In this document: positions 8,708 to 16,879 of the stretch, one piece after another
Layout of the letters: each line of letters starts with the position of its first letter
How positions within the stretch are numbered: position 1 is the first letter of the stretch
Assembly: GCA_035455245.1 (NCBI GenBank)
Contig: DATIFN010000016.1
Location: forward strand, 73,253 to 105,252
Length of the DNA: 32,000 nucleotides
Reading direction: 5' to 3'
Origin: Nitrosopumilaceae archaeon
Lineage (GTDB): Archaea; Thermoproteota; Nitrososphaeria; Nitrososphaerales; Nitrosopumilaceae
Made by a program: the position numbers and the translations under genes
Notes under the pieces: generated by a model
Told to the model about the DNA's origin: nothing
What the model saw: only the letters and a program-made list of their open reading frames with translations
Database searches by the model: none

Positions 8708-8772
8708 CGTCAGATGCTAGAATTTTTTTGTTTTATTTTAGTTACTCAAAGATAGGCAAGTTGTTAGTCAAT

Positions 8773-9237
8773 TCAACGTAAATTTCCTTCCAGGTCGATT
8801 TCGGCGTTTTTAATGCGTGTTGTAGAAATCCGTTTACCATCTTCTGCAAGAACCATTGGAACGCCTATAATTGCTACAGGAGGAAGACGACCTTTAGCGC
8901 GGAGTTTGTTTAATATCTCACCTTTTCCTATCATTTCCTCACTAACAACCAATGCTTCTACTTCATTTTTCAAAACAGCAGGTCCAAAATCGTTATCAAG
9001 CTTGCTTATTTCATAGTTAGAATCTGGAAAATTTTTATTAATTACAGATTTCAGCGACACTAGTCTCTGAGAATAATTGTGTAATAGTTTTTTCCCCTTT
9101 TTTATCGCAAATTCATCACTTGTCAGACCGATAATAACTTTGGATGAGATAGAAAATCCATTTTGTAACAGTACAAAATGTCCTTTGTGGATAATATCAA
9201 ATGTTCCTCCAAGAGCAACTATCTTAAATCTAGCCAT
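8773..9237 (-). CDS. Archaeal-type phosphopantetheine adenylyltransferase (cytidylyltransferase fold)
   Basis: VALGGTFDIIHKGH carries the nucleotidyltransferase (H/T)xGH motif. The size of about 150 aa is typical of archaeal PPAT. Confidence 0.8.
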   Translation of the reverse strand: MARFKIVALGGTFDIIHKGHFVLLQNGFSISSKVIIGLTSDEFAIKKGKKLLHNYSQRLVSLKSVINKNFPDSNYEISKLDNDFGPAVLKNEVEALVVSEEMIGKGEILNKLRAKGRLPPVAIIGVPMVLAEDGKRISTTRIKNAEIDLEGNLR

Positions 9238-9267
9238 AAAGATACTTTGTTTTCTTTTAGATGTACT

Positions 9268-10365
9268 TTACTTTACAAGCATCACGTTGATATGACGACT
9301 TGGTTCAGCAAGTGCTACGAAATTTGGGTCCCATACATATACCTCGGCAAAGAATGCCCCTTGGTTTTCTGGGACCCAGTTTATTGAAATTTCCTGTTTT
9401 TCCATTCCATGAAATGTTCCTTGTGCTGTTCCTATGAATTCAACTGGTACAGCATCGGTTCCATTTTGTGGGAATTTTTCAGTTCCGACCTGTTTTATCT
9501 GCACGTAACAAACAAAAGGTTGTTCAGATTGTTCAGATGCATATTTTACCCATATCTCACTATTTATTTTGACTGGACTTCCAACTGGAATTGTAGAAGA
9601 TTTGTTTCCTAAAAGATCAGTAACTGATACATCATTTATTGTGACAAGTTTTGAAAGTGAACTCATCGATGTTTTAACATCTTTGATATCAGTTAATGAA
9701 GATTGATAATTATCTGATTCTGCGACAAGTTTGTATGATTTTGTAATTGAATTAGGGGTTGAACTTATTGTAAAGACTGATGTCTTGCCTACACCAATGT
9801 CATCTGGTTCTGGTGTTACAGTAGCTATACCGACAACTCTTCCAAATGTATCATATGACAGTAAATAGATTGTTGTTCCACTAGTAAGGACTGTTCCTTT
9901 ATTGATTATGGTTCCTGAAAGTACAAGCTGGTCTGAAATTTCTAGAGTTCCGGGGGTTATTACTAGTGATTGTTGTCTTACAGGAGAGGAATTAAATCCT
10001 GTCAAACCGATTGATATGTCAGAGATGGATGTGTCCTGTTTTGAACTGATAGAGAACGGCGCTTTTCCTCCAGCTGGAATTACTTCAAGTAAGGTCAGAC
10101 CGGTTTTGTAATCAACAACCTTTCCAGTTTGATCAAAAAACGAAACCCCCACTTTTACGCCAGTAATTGGAAATGAATTATTGTTTTGTACCTCACCTAG
10201 TACGACAGTAGAACCATCTTCTGACTTGTAGCTGTAAGGAGTTAGGACACGAACAGTCAGAGTATCATCGGGTTTAGTGTATTGCCCCCATGAAATGTTG
10301 GGTGGGAAAATACAAAGAACTAACAATATAGCAAAAACTACTACTTTCATAGAGATTCCTTTCAA
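9268..10365 (-). CDS. Secreted or extracellular protein with internally repeated beta-rich modules
   Basis: N-terminal signal-like segment MKVVVFAILLVLCIF. Two similar modules (GEVQNNNSFPITGVKVGVSFFDQTGKVV... and GTIINKGTVLTSGTTIYLLSYDTFGRVV...). Ser/Thr-rich. Confidence 0.65.
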   Translation of the reverse strand: MKGISMKVVVFAILLVLCIFPPNISWGQYTKPDDTLTVRVLTPYSYKSEDGSTVVLGEVQNNNSFPITGVKVGVSFFDQTGKVVDYKTGLTLLEVIPAGGKAPFSISSKQDTSISDISIGLTGFNSSPVRQQSLVITPGTLEISDQLVLSGTIINKGTVLTSGTTIYLLSYDTFGRVVGIATVTPEPDDIGVGKTSVFTISSTPNSITKSYKLVAESDNYQSSLTDIKDVKTSMSSLSKLVTINDVSVTDLLGNKSSTIPVGSPVKINSEIWVKYASEQSEQPFVCYVQIKQVGTEKFPQNGTDAVPVEFIGTAQGTFHGMEKQEISINWVPENQGAFFAEVYVWDPNFVALAEPSRHINVMLVK

Positions 10366-10477
10366 AATTGATTAATCATATACTGTATATCATAATCTAA
10401 ACAACGTGGACTAGAAGGTTTTACCAACTTACGTTTAGATATAAAATAAGAAAAAGAAAACAAAGATGTTAAAACAT

Positions 10478-10579
10478 CTATTTTTTGGACTTCATAGCGG
10501 TAATTGCTAGCCAGTATACTAGACCTGGTGCTAATCCCACTATCATAGGAATGAAAACTGCTATTTCTTCTGATGGCAT
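10478..10579 (-). CDS. Candidate 33-aa single-pass membrane micro-protein (below the ORF-track cutoff)
   Basis: Hand translation gives ATG...TAG = MPSEEIAVFIPMIVGLAPGLVYWLAITAMKSKK. That is an acidic N-terminus, a hydrophobic helix of about 22 residues, and a basic tail. The same T-rich 15-mer that follows amoX and amoC lies just downstream. Confidence 0.4.
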   Translation of the reverse strand: MPSEEIAVFIPMIVGLAPGLVYWLAITAMKSKK

Positions 10580-10659
10580 TTAATTTCCCTATACAGCAGA
10601 GAACCAAATGATATTTAAATCCATCTTTCAAAACCGTGAATTCGCCGTATTTTAACAGA

Positions 10660-10731
10660 TGGACTGGTGGGGATTTGAACCCCAGACCCCCCGCGTGCAA
10701 GGCGGGTATTCTACCGCTGAACTACCAGCCC
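10660..10731 (-). tRNA. tRNA-Ala(TGC)
   Basis: The reverse complement folds as a cloverleaf: GGGCTGG/CCAGTCC acceptor with the G3:U70 Ala identity pair, anticodon arm CCCGC-CTTGCAC-GCGGG, and T arm CTGGGG-TTCAAAT-CCCCAC. No intron. CCA not encoded. Confidence 0.93.
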
Positions 10732-10816
10732 ATCATAGGGAATTCAAGGCGTGTGGATTTTAATTGTTGCCTTTGTTTGGGTAAGGATTTTATTGATAGG
10801 GTTAAAACAATTTTTT

Positions 10817-11377
10817 ATGGTACTGCTAAAATCTGAAGTTGTCCTAAAAACTGGTGACAGGGCACCGGAATTTGATCTTTTTGGAATAGATGATAAGAAG
10901 CATGGACTTTCCGAATTCAAGGATTATACAGGATTATTGGTAGTTTTCATGTGTAACCACTGTCCCTATGTCCAAGCAAAAACAAAAGCACTAGTTGAAT
11001 TGTATGATAAATTCAAAGATAAAATTGCAATTATAGGGATTAATAGTAACGACCCAACAATTTATCCTGATGATAGTTTTGAGAACATGAAAAAGTTTGC
11101 AAAAGAAAAAGGGATTCGATTTACATACCTTGTGGATGAAACCCAGCAAGTTGCAAAGAGATATGGAGCTGTTTGTACGCCAGATCCATTCCTTTTTGAC
11201 CAGAACAGGAAACTTATCTTCCATGGAAGAATAGATAATGCAATGAGTCCAGAAGACATTGCCACAGAAAAAACAATGATTATAAACATAGAAAAGTTCC
11301 TCCAGGGAAAAAAGCTGGGGAAGGACTTTGACCCATCCATGGGTTGCTCTATCAAATGGAAAAGCCAGCAAACTTAA
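10817..11377 (+). CDS. Thioredoxin-fold protein (AhpC/TSA or TlpA-like redoxin), CxxC = CNHC
   Basis: GDRAPEF...VVFMCNHCPYV redoxin signature. Start placed at ATG 10817. The GTG-initiated extension to 10751 runs into the tRNA-Ala promoter region. Confidence 0.8.
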   Translation: MVLLKSEVVLKTGDRAPEFDLFGIDDKKHGLSEFKDYTGLLVVFMCNHCPYVQAKTKALVELYDKFKDKIAIIGINSNDPTIYPDDSFENMKKFAKEKGIRFTYLVDETQQVAKRYGAVCTPDPFLFDQNRKLIFHGRIDNAMSPEDIATEKTMIINIEKFLQGKKLGKDFDPSMGCSIKWKSQQT

Positions 11378-11402
11378 ATGAAGGTTGGCTTGAAAAATTT
11401 TT

Positions 11403-11490
11403 GGGCCGATAGCTCAGCTTGGCTGGAGCGTTCGACTGATAAACTTATTCAGATATCGAAAGGTCGTGGGTTCGAATCCCATTCGGCCCA
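11403..11490 (+). tRNA. tRNA-Ile(GAT) with a 13-nt intron at the canonical 37/38 position
   Basis: GGGCCGA/TCGGCCC acceptor. D arm GCTC...GAGC. Anticodon stem TTCGA/TCGAA, with 20 nt between the halves. Loop CTGATA+A gives anticodon GAT at 11438-11440. Intron is about 11442-11454. T arm GTGGG-TTCGAAT-CCCAT. Confidence 0.88.
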
Positions 11491-11544
11491 TTTTTTAATA
11501 GAAAAGACTTATTTTATTCCGGACCTACGGACGGACAGTGGCTG

Positions 11545-12333
11545 ATGAAAGAGAATTTCGTTAAAGTCGGTGCCAATAAGATTAGATATCTTGAGGAAGG
11601 TGGGTCCGACGGCAATGTTCTTCTTGTTCATGGTCTTGGAGCCTCTGCTGAACGGTGGATCCGGGTAATCCCGCATCTTAGCAAAAAATATCATGTTATT
11701 GCCCTTGATCTTCTAGGTTATGGCCTTAGCGATAAACCGTCTGTGGATTATACACCAGAGTTTTTTTCTACCTTTATTTTTGATTTTCTTAATACCCTTG
11801 GGATCACAAAAACAGTCATGATTGGATCATCACTTGGTGGTCAAATTGTTACTGAATGTGCAATTACCCAAAGCAAGATAATTGAAAAAATAGTTCTAGT
11901 GTCTCCCTCGGGAATCATGAAGCAATCTACACCTGCTTTGGATGCATACATGCTGGCAGCGTTGTATCCAACACAGGAAGGAACAAAGACAGCCTTCCAG
12001 ATGATGGCTGGAATTCACAAGGAAATAGATTCTGAAACTGTGAACGGTTTTATTCAACGCATGACTCTGCCAAATGCGAAGATGGCTTTCATGTCTACAG
12101 TTTTGGGCATCAGAAATGCTGTCCCCTTGTCAGAAAGACTTGGAAAGATTTCTGCACCCACTTTAGTAGTATGGGGAAAACAAGATTCTCTCATTCCTAT
12201 CGCTTATTCAAAGGATTTTGTTGCTTCAATCAAAAATTGTCAATTTGTAGAAATGGAAAATTCTGGTCATACTCCACATGTTGAAGAGCCAGAAAAATTC
12301 TCTGAAATTGTGCTCAAATTTTTGAATCATTAA
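11545..12333 (+). CDS. Alpha/beta-fold hydrolase
   Basis: HGLGAS oxyanion region, nucleophile elbow GSSLGG (GxSxG), and a C-terminal GH (NSGHTPH). Resembles the meta-cleavage-product hydrolase / esterase family. Confidence 0.8.
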   Translation: MKENFVKVGANKIRYLEEGGSDGNVLLVHGLGASAERWIRVIPHLSKKYHVIALDLLGYGLSDKPSVDYTPEFFSTFIFDFLNTLGITKTVMIGSSLGGQIVTECAITQSKIIEKIVLVSPSGIMKQSTPALDAYMLAALYPTQEGTKTAFQMMAGIHKEIDSETVNGFIQRMTLPNAKMAFMSTVLGIRNAVPLSERLGKISAPTLVVWGKQDSLIPIAYSKDFVASIKNCQFVEMENSGHTPHVEEPEKFSEIVLKFLNH

Positions 12334-12394
12334 GTGGTCACAATCACCAAAATATTACCAAATGATTATATAGATTAATAGATAAAAAAAACCC

Positions 12395-12811
12395 ATGACA
12401 GGTAATAGAAACCAATATGATCCGACAACTATGTTCAAAGAATGGATACAGAAAAGTGGAAAATCACAAATGGAGTTCATGAAAGCTTTTGGTGATATCA
12501 TGGGTCAGCAAAAAAAAGATTTTGATCCAGTCGAGACGTTAAAAGAAATCGCAAGTAAAGGAGTAAAGATTCAATCGGAAGCTATGGAGAATTTTGGAAA
12601 TATCCAATCTAAAGCAATGGAAAATGCTTTCAAACTTGCACAATCAATGCCACAATTTGGATCATGGGGAGCATTTAAAACAACAGTTGGAAGTAACGGA
12701 AGAATTTCTATTCCTGAGGCAGAAAGAGATGCACTTGGATTAAAAGAAGGAGACTTGGTTCAAGCAGTTATCATTCCAATCGAGAAAAAATCAAAACATT
12801 CAAGCAAATAG
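12395..12811 (+). CDS. AbrB/SpoVT-domain protein, candidate PHA-granule regulator (PhaR-like)
   Basis: C-terminal GRISIPEAERDALGLKEGDLVQAVI is a swapped-hairpin AbrB/MazE-type motif. The N-terminal part carries a short internal repeat (IQSEAMENF / IQSKAMENA). Convergent with phaC. Confidence 0.55.
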   Translation: MTGNRNQYDPTTMFKEWIQKSGKSQMEFMKAFGDIMGQQKKDFDPVETLKEIASKGVKIQSEAMENFGNIQSKAMENAFKLAQSMPQFGSWGAFKTTVGSNGRISIPEAERDALGLKEGDLVQAVIIPIEKKSKHSSK

Positions 12812-12814
12812 ATT

Positions 12815-13903
12815 TTATTTTTCAGATCTTTCTTTTAACCATTGGCCAAGCTCTGGAAGAACAACCTTTTGTGAAAATGAGCTTGCAATCATACCAACAT
12901 GACCTGTCGGATAAATTCTAAGGGTCTTATCTTCACTTCCTACAGCATAGTGCAAGGGCATGCTACATTCAGGCGATACTAAATGGTCACCTACAGCAAC
13001 CTGCGTAAATATTGGCATGTTTATGTTTTTAAGTGAAATGAGTTTACCTCCAACATACATTTTATTCTGTATTAAAACACTTTCCTGATAGATATCTTGG
13101 ATCCATTGTTTGAAAAGTTCACCAGGAATTGGAGGAGTTTCATTTAACCACTTTTCTATACGCAGAAAATTATCAACATAGTTTTTGTCCTCAACATTTC
13201 TAAAAAAGTTAATGTATTTTTCTATCCCTTGTTCAAATGGTTTCAAGACCGAAAACACATAATACATGAATTCTGGTGGCATATTTCCAATTGTTTCCAC
13301 CATTTTAGCCACATCCACGTGTTTTGCTAGGTTTCCAACAACAGTTGTATCTCGTTTACCATCAATTACAGGCGCGGTAGCTATCAAATTTTTGATTTTA
13401 TTTGGATGCAATGAGGCATATATTGTGGCCAGGGTTCCACCGGTACAATACCCTTGTAATGATACTTTTTCAACAGCAGCTTCATTTCGTACAAAATCAA
13501 CGCAATTGTCGATGTAACCATTTACGTAATCATCAAAGCTTAGGTATTTGTCTATTTTAGTTGGAGTTCCCCAATCAATCATGTACACATCAAAGCCTTG
13601 AGTCAAGATATTACGAACCCAACTTTTTTGTGGATGTATGTCCAGAATATGGTATCGATTTATTAGAGCATATGCTATTACAATTGGAATTTTATACTGT
13701 TTTTGTGTAGTAGAATTAAAATGTAATAAACGAACCTTGTCGTCGGTATACGCAACGTCATAAGGAGTCATTTCAAGATTGATTTCATTTGGTGCTTGCA
13801 CCATCTTTGGAGCATCAATGATATTTTTATTAAACCTGAAAAATTCGTCTACGAGCTTTGGGTCAATTTTTAGTTCATTTTCCATCGTTGGCACCCCTTT
13901 CAC
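12815..13903 (-). CDS. phaC: Class III poly(3-hydroxyalkanoate) synthase catalytic subunit
   Basis: 362 aa. Lipase-like box GYCTGG (GxCxG) with catalytic Cys. C-terminal GHVG histidine. Size typical of class III PhaC. Confidence 0.85.
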   Translation of the reverse strand: MKGVPTMENELKIDPKLVDEFFRFNKNIIDAPKMVQAPNEINLEMTPYDVAYTDDKVRLLHFNSTTQKQYKIPIVIAYALINRYHILDIHPQKSWVRNILTQGFDVYMIDWGTPTKIDKYLSFDDYVNGYIDNCVDFVRNEAAVEKVSLQGYCTGGTLATIYASLHPNKIKNLIATAPVIDGKRDTTVVGNLAKHVDVAKMVETIGNMPPEFMYYVFSVLKPFEQGIEKYINFFRNVEDKNYVDNFLRIEKWLNETPPIPGELFKQWIQDIYQESVLIQNKMYVGGKLISLKNINMPIFTQVAVGDHLVSPECSMPLHYAVGSEDKTLRIYPTGHVGMIASSFSQKVVLPELGQWLKERSEK

Positions 13904-14447
13904 TTTTTTCTAGTTTACTTACCCTTTTTCGTAATGAATGTAACTCCTGGTAAACATCGTCAAGATCATTTTTTGTTGGAACATTTGCAGTTTCAAGTAA
14001 GGCAGAAAGCATATTGTTCCAGTGTTTTGATAGTTCAAGTTCACTTGATATCAATTTTCCAAAGTTCTCTCCAAATTTTGCCGAGTCAAAAAGCTGAGTG
14101 AAATCATTTTCAAACATGTCAATCCAAACACGCTTGGATGCTTCTAAATTTTCCATGTCTTGAGGAATTTCAGGAATTTTTTTGTTAACTTTTTTCTGTG
14201 CTTCTAACCAAGTATCTGAAAGTTGTTTATAGTATTCAGCGAGTCTGGTATTAAATTCCATCAGGTCGTCATTTGCTTCTATCATTTCAGTTGCAAGTTT
14301 TTTTGCTTGTATAGCAAACTTCCTCATTGGACCTGCCGAAGTCAATGCTGCGGGTTTACTTGCCATGAGGTATACTATATCAGTCCAGAATAATGAGAGG
14401 TGCTTGTAATATTCTAGCGATTTGTTGTAATCAGGTTCTACTGTCAT
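13875..14447 (-). CDS. phaE: Probable PHA synthase subunit PhaE
   Basis: Overlaps and precedes phaC, the usual phaE-phaC arrangement. Helical, coiled-coil-like protein of about 190 aa. Start set at ATG 14447 (MTVEPDY). Called mainly from synteny. Confidence 0.55.
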   Translation of the reverse strand: MTVEPDYNKSLEYYKHLSLFWTDIVYLMASKPAALTSAGPMRKFAIQAKKLATEMIEANDDLMEFNTRLAEYYKQLSDTWLEAQKKVNKKIPEIPQDMENLEASKRVWIDMFENDFTQLFDSAKFGENFGKLISSELELSKHWNNMLSALLETANVPTKNDLDDVYQELHSLRKRVSKLEKSERGANDGK

Positions 14448-14535
14448 TATTAGATAATAGAAAGAGATCGCAATAAATAGATCGTGTATTATTATTCTGC
14501 ATTGACAGTTAATTTTATGAGACAGAATATAGGAT

Positions 14536-14901
14536 ATGGGATACGACGTCATGGATTTTGAGGCAATTTGCAAAAAGGTCATGGGTCTGGATTCAAAGAT
14601 AAGATTTGCAGGTATGGTAAATAATCAAGGTAGACTTGTTGCAGGAGGCATGAGTGCTGACAAAAAACCCCTTGAGGATACGAAGGATGATGAAATGTTG
14701 TTTATGGAACTTGTTTTGAGAACAAAAATGAGAAAGGAATTCGACAAGCAGCTTGGACAGGTAAAGTTTGCAATGTCATACAGAGAAAAGGCTGTAGTGA
14801 TGAGTTTTCCATTCAATGAGCACGTCATGTTGGTATCTGCCGAAAAAGAAATAGATTTTTCGAAAATTCCATTTAAAATATTAAAGATTTTAGAAAGCTA
14901 G
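14536..14901 (+). CDS. Hypothetical protein (121 aa), possibly a Roadblock/LC7-like fold
   Basis: ORF divergent from phaE. The pattern KIRFAGMVNNQGRLVAGG resembles small archaeal regulatory-fold proteins. Weak assignment. Confidence 0.5.
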   Translation: MGYDVMDFEAICKKVMGLDSKIRFAGMVNNQGRLVAGGMSADKKPLEDTKDDEMLFMELVLRTKMRKEFDKQLGQVKFAMSYREKAVVMSFPFNEHVMLVSAEKEIDFSKIPFKILKILES

Positions 14902-15827
14902 GATTGTGAGCTTTCGTAGGTAGTCTGGCACCATTGAAGGACGGCCCCAAGATTCTCAGATACAAAATCTGCTTTTGCCTTGGTCTTTTTTGCTTGCTTG
15001 GTACAAAGAACAAGGTAGAGTCCTTTACCAAATTTTTTCTTACTTGTAATTACTGCTTCAGAAAAGAATTTGGATCCACTCTCTGTTGAGGAAAATATCA
15101 CTATAATCATTAAACCCTGTTTTTTGATCCAAATCTTGTTCAAAAATTTTTGCAAATCAATATCAAACATGACATCCATCGCCAATGACATGTCACCAAG
15201 TTGAGAAACCTTCCATCCATCAGCATGAAGCGCGGCGGAGGCAGTTTGTGCAAGAAGTGAACTATCATGTTCAGTAGAAAATACAATAGAGTTCTTGTTT
15301 GGATTTGTGTCGACTTCTGTTAGATTAACAATTTGAATAGAGTTTGAAATAATTTCATCCAAAAAATTTTTTTCTGATTTACCAATTTTTCCTTTCTCAT
15401 ACAAATCTTTGACAGAGTCTATTGCTGGAGAAATTACTTCAGTTAATATCTTCACAGGGTTGGCATTTGAATGAAGTGAGTTTCTAAGTAGACCATATGC
15501 TTCTTTATGTTCTCCTGAGAGGAGATATTCTAAATATTGGGTTTGTACCTGAAAGAAATCAGCAGGGAAATTAAAATGAGATACTCCTTCGTCTATAAAC
15601 CATAGGTTTACACTTCCAATGTTTTTTTGTTTGATGAGACCTTCTGCAGCAAAGACGTTAAGATATTTTGTAATTGTGATTCGGTTTATTCCAAGTTTTT
15701 TAGATATTTCAGTTCCAGAAAGGCCTGTTTTTGAGGTTCTTAAAATGTCAATTAGTTTTTCTTTGATCTTTTCAGATTGGTAACCTCGTGTCACGAATTT
15801 TGAAAATGTTCTTCTAGTATAAAGCAT
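14898..15827 (-). CDS. Winged-helix transcriptional regulator with C-terminal B12-binding-like (helical bundle plus Rossmann-like) region
   Basis: N-terminal LSGTEISKKLGINRITITKYLNVFAAEGLI is an HTH. The middle and C-terminal parts resemble the B12-binding_2 plus B12-binding layout, but I see no clear DxHxxG. Confidence 0.5.
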   Translation of the reverse strand: MLYTRRTFSKFVTRGYQSEKIKEKLIDILRTSKTGLSGTEISKKLGINRITITKYLNVFAAEGLIKQKNIGSVNLWFIDEGVSHFNFPADFFQVQTQYLEYLLSGEHKEAYGLLRNSLHSNANPVKILTEVISPAIDSVKDLYEKGKIGKSEKNFLDEIISNSIQIVNLTEVDTNPNKNSIVFSTEHDSSLLAQTASAALHADGWKVSQLGDMSLAMDVMFDIDLQKFLNKIWIKKQGLMIIVIFSSTESGSKFFSEAVITSKKKFGKGLYLVLCTKQAKKTKAKADFVSENLGAVLQWCQTTYESSQS

Positions 15828-16192
15828 TACCAGAAAATTTGACCAACAGTGAGCATAACTGGTATGCCCGACTGTCGGCCGGGTACTTTTGGTATGGTCT
15901 GTAGTTACGAGCGCACTTGATTTAACAATCCAATTTTCCTAAATAAAAAGTGCGTAGAAATGATACTAAATACTTAATAGGTATTATTCAAATTTTTAAA
16001 AATCAAAAAGGTAATGAATAAAAAAATAGATTTTCGATCACAAAAGCATTCAAATTAATTTTGTCAATAAATTAATGACATTTCATTTGAGTTAATTTAT
16101 CAAATTGGAAATTACTAATCAGATTTTTACTGAACTAAACACAGAAACATTAAATACTTGTGTACTTTAAAATACGGTAACAGGTTAGTAAA

Positions 16193-16579
16193 ATGCCAAA
16201 AGCAGGATTTAAATCAATCACGGTTTCAGAGTCAGTTTATAACAAATTCCATGATGTATACAAGAAGAATAAACAAGATCTTGCACTCAAAGGAATCAAC
16301 AGTTTTGCAGGGTACATCACTTTCATGATGGAAGATTTGATGCAAAAAGACGAGACATTTGCAAGATATGCACCTAAACTAGAAAAAATTGCCGTAGATG
16401 ACAATAGAGTCGTTCTCAAAGACAACATCAAAAATAGAATTGCGGAAGTTGCAATTCAAAATGGGGAGCTTTATTGCATGTTATGTGAGGAGAAAGATTG
16501 CTTCCATGTAGGTTTTGTATTTTCACTCCCTGATGTTTACGAAGTTTTGAATGCACGGGGAATCAAGCACCAAAGATAA
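16193..16579 (+). CDS. Ribbon-helix-helix (CopG-like) protein with C-terminal CxxC..CxH motif
   Basis: N-terminal FKSITVSESVYNKF fits an RHH beta-strand plus helix. CMLCEEKDCFH is a possible zinc site. Confidence 0.5.
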   Translation: MPKAGFKSITVSESVYNKFHDVYKKNKQDLALKGINSFAGYITFMMEDLMQKDETFARYAPKLEKIAVDDNRVVLKDNIKNRIAEVAIQNGELYCMLCEEKDCFHVGFVFSLPDVYEVLNARGIKHQR

Positions 16580-16585
16580 AAAAAG

Positions 16586-16706
16586 TGCAGGAGGTGGGAT
16601 TTGAACCCACGAACCCCTAAGAGACGGGATCACCCATTTTTATGATCTTAAGTCCCGCGCGTCCAAAGGCCTAAAACCTTCTTTGGCCAGGCTCGGCGAC
16701 TCCTGC
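16586..16706 (-). tRNA. tRNA-Leu(TAA) with two introns (about 20 nt in the D-arm region, 16 nt at 37/38)
   Basis: Reverse complement reads GCAGGAG-TC-GCCGAGCCTGGCCAAAG[AAGGTTTTAGGCCTTTGGAC]GCG-CGGGA-CTTAAG[ATCATAAAAATGGGTG]A-TCCCG-TCTCTTAGGGGTTC-GTGGG-TTCAAAT-CCCAC-CTCCTGC-A. Mature length would be 85 nt with a long variable arm. Confidence 0.8.
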
Positions 16707-16805
16707 GTTTTATTAGCTAAAAGTTGTCTGAATTAAACGTTTTACAAAAAAAATTTTTCAAAATCAAGTAAGATTAATAAGGTTACAATAAAGCGAGTTT
16801 GTCAT

Positions 16806-16879
16806 GCTTCGATAGCTCAGCCTGGTAGAGCGTTACCTTGGTAAGGTAAAGGTCGCGGGATCGAATCCCGTTCGAAGCT
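16806..16879 (+). tRNA. tRNA-Thr(GGT)
   Basis: GCTTCGA/TCGAAGC acceptor. GCTC-AGCCTGGTA-GAGC D arm. TTACC-TTGGTAA-GGTAA anticodon arm. GCGGG-ATCGAAT-CCCGT T arm. No intron. Confidence 0.93.

Noticed and set aside
10362-10700. 112-aa ORF from the ORF track
   Set aside because: Its 5' part is the reverse strand of tRNA-Ala itself, and the rest crosses an AT-rich spacer. The only convincing coding signal in this gap is the separate 33-aa ORF in another frame.
15841-15920. Possible cobalamin riboswitch upstream of the regulator with a B12-binding-like domain
   Set aside because: Only a vague resemblance (CCGACTG against the GCCACTG core of the B12 box). The rest of the conserved riboswitch architecture is not visible, and cobalamin riboswitches are not established in archaea. 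It is kept only as an unexplained GC-rich patch.
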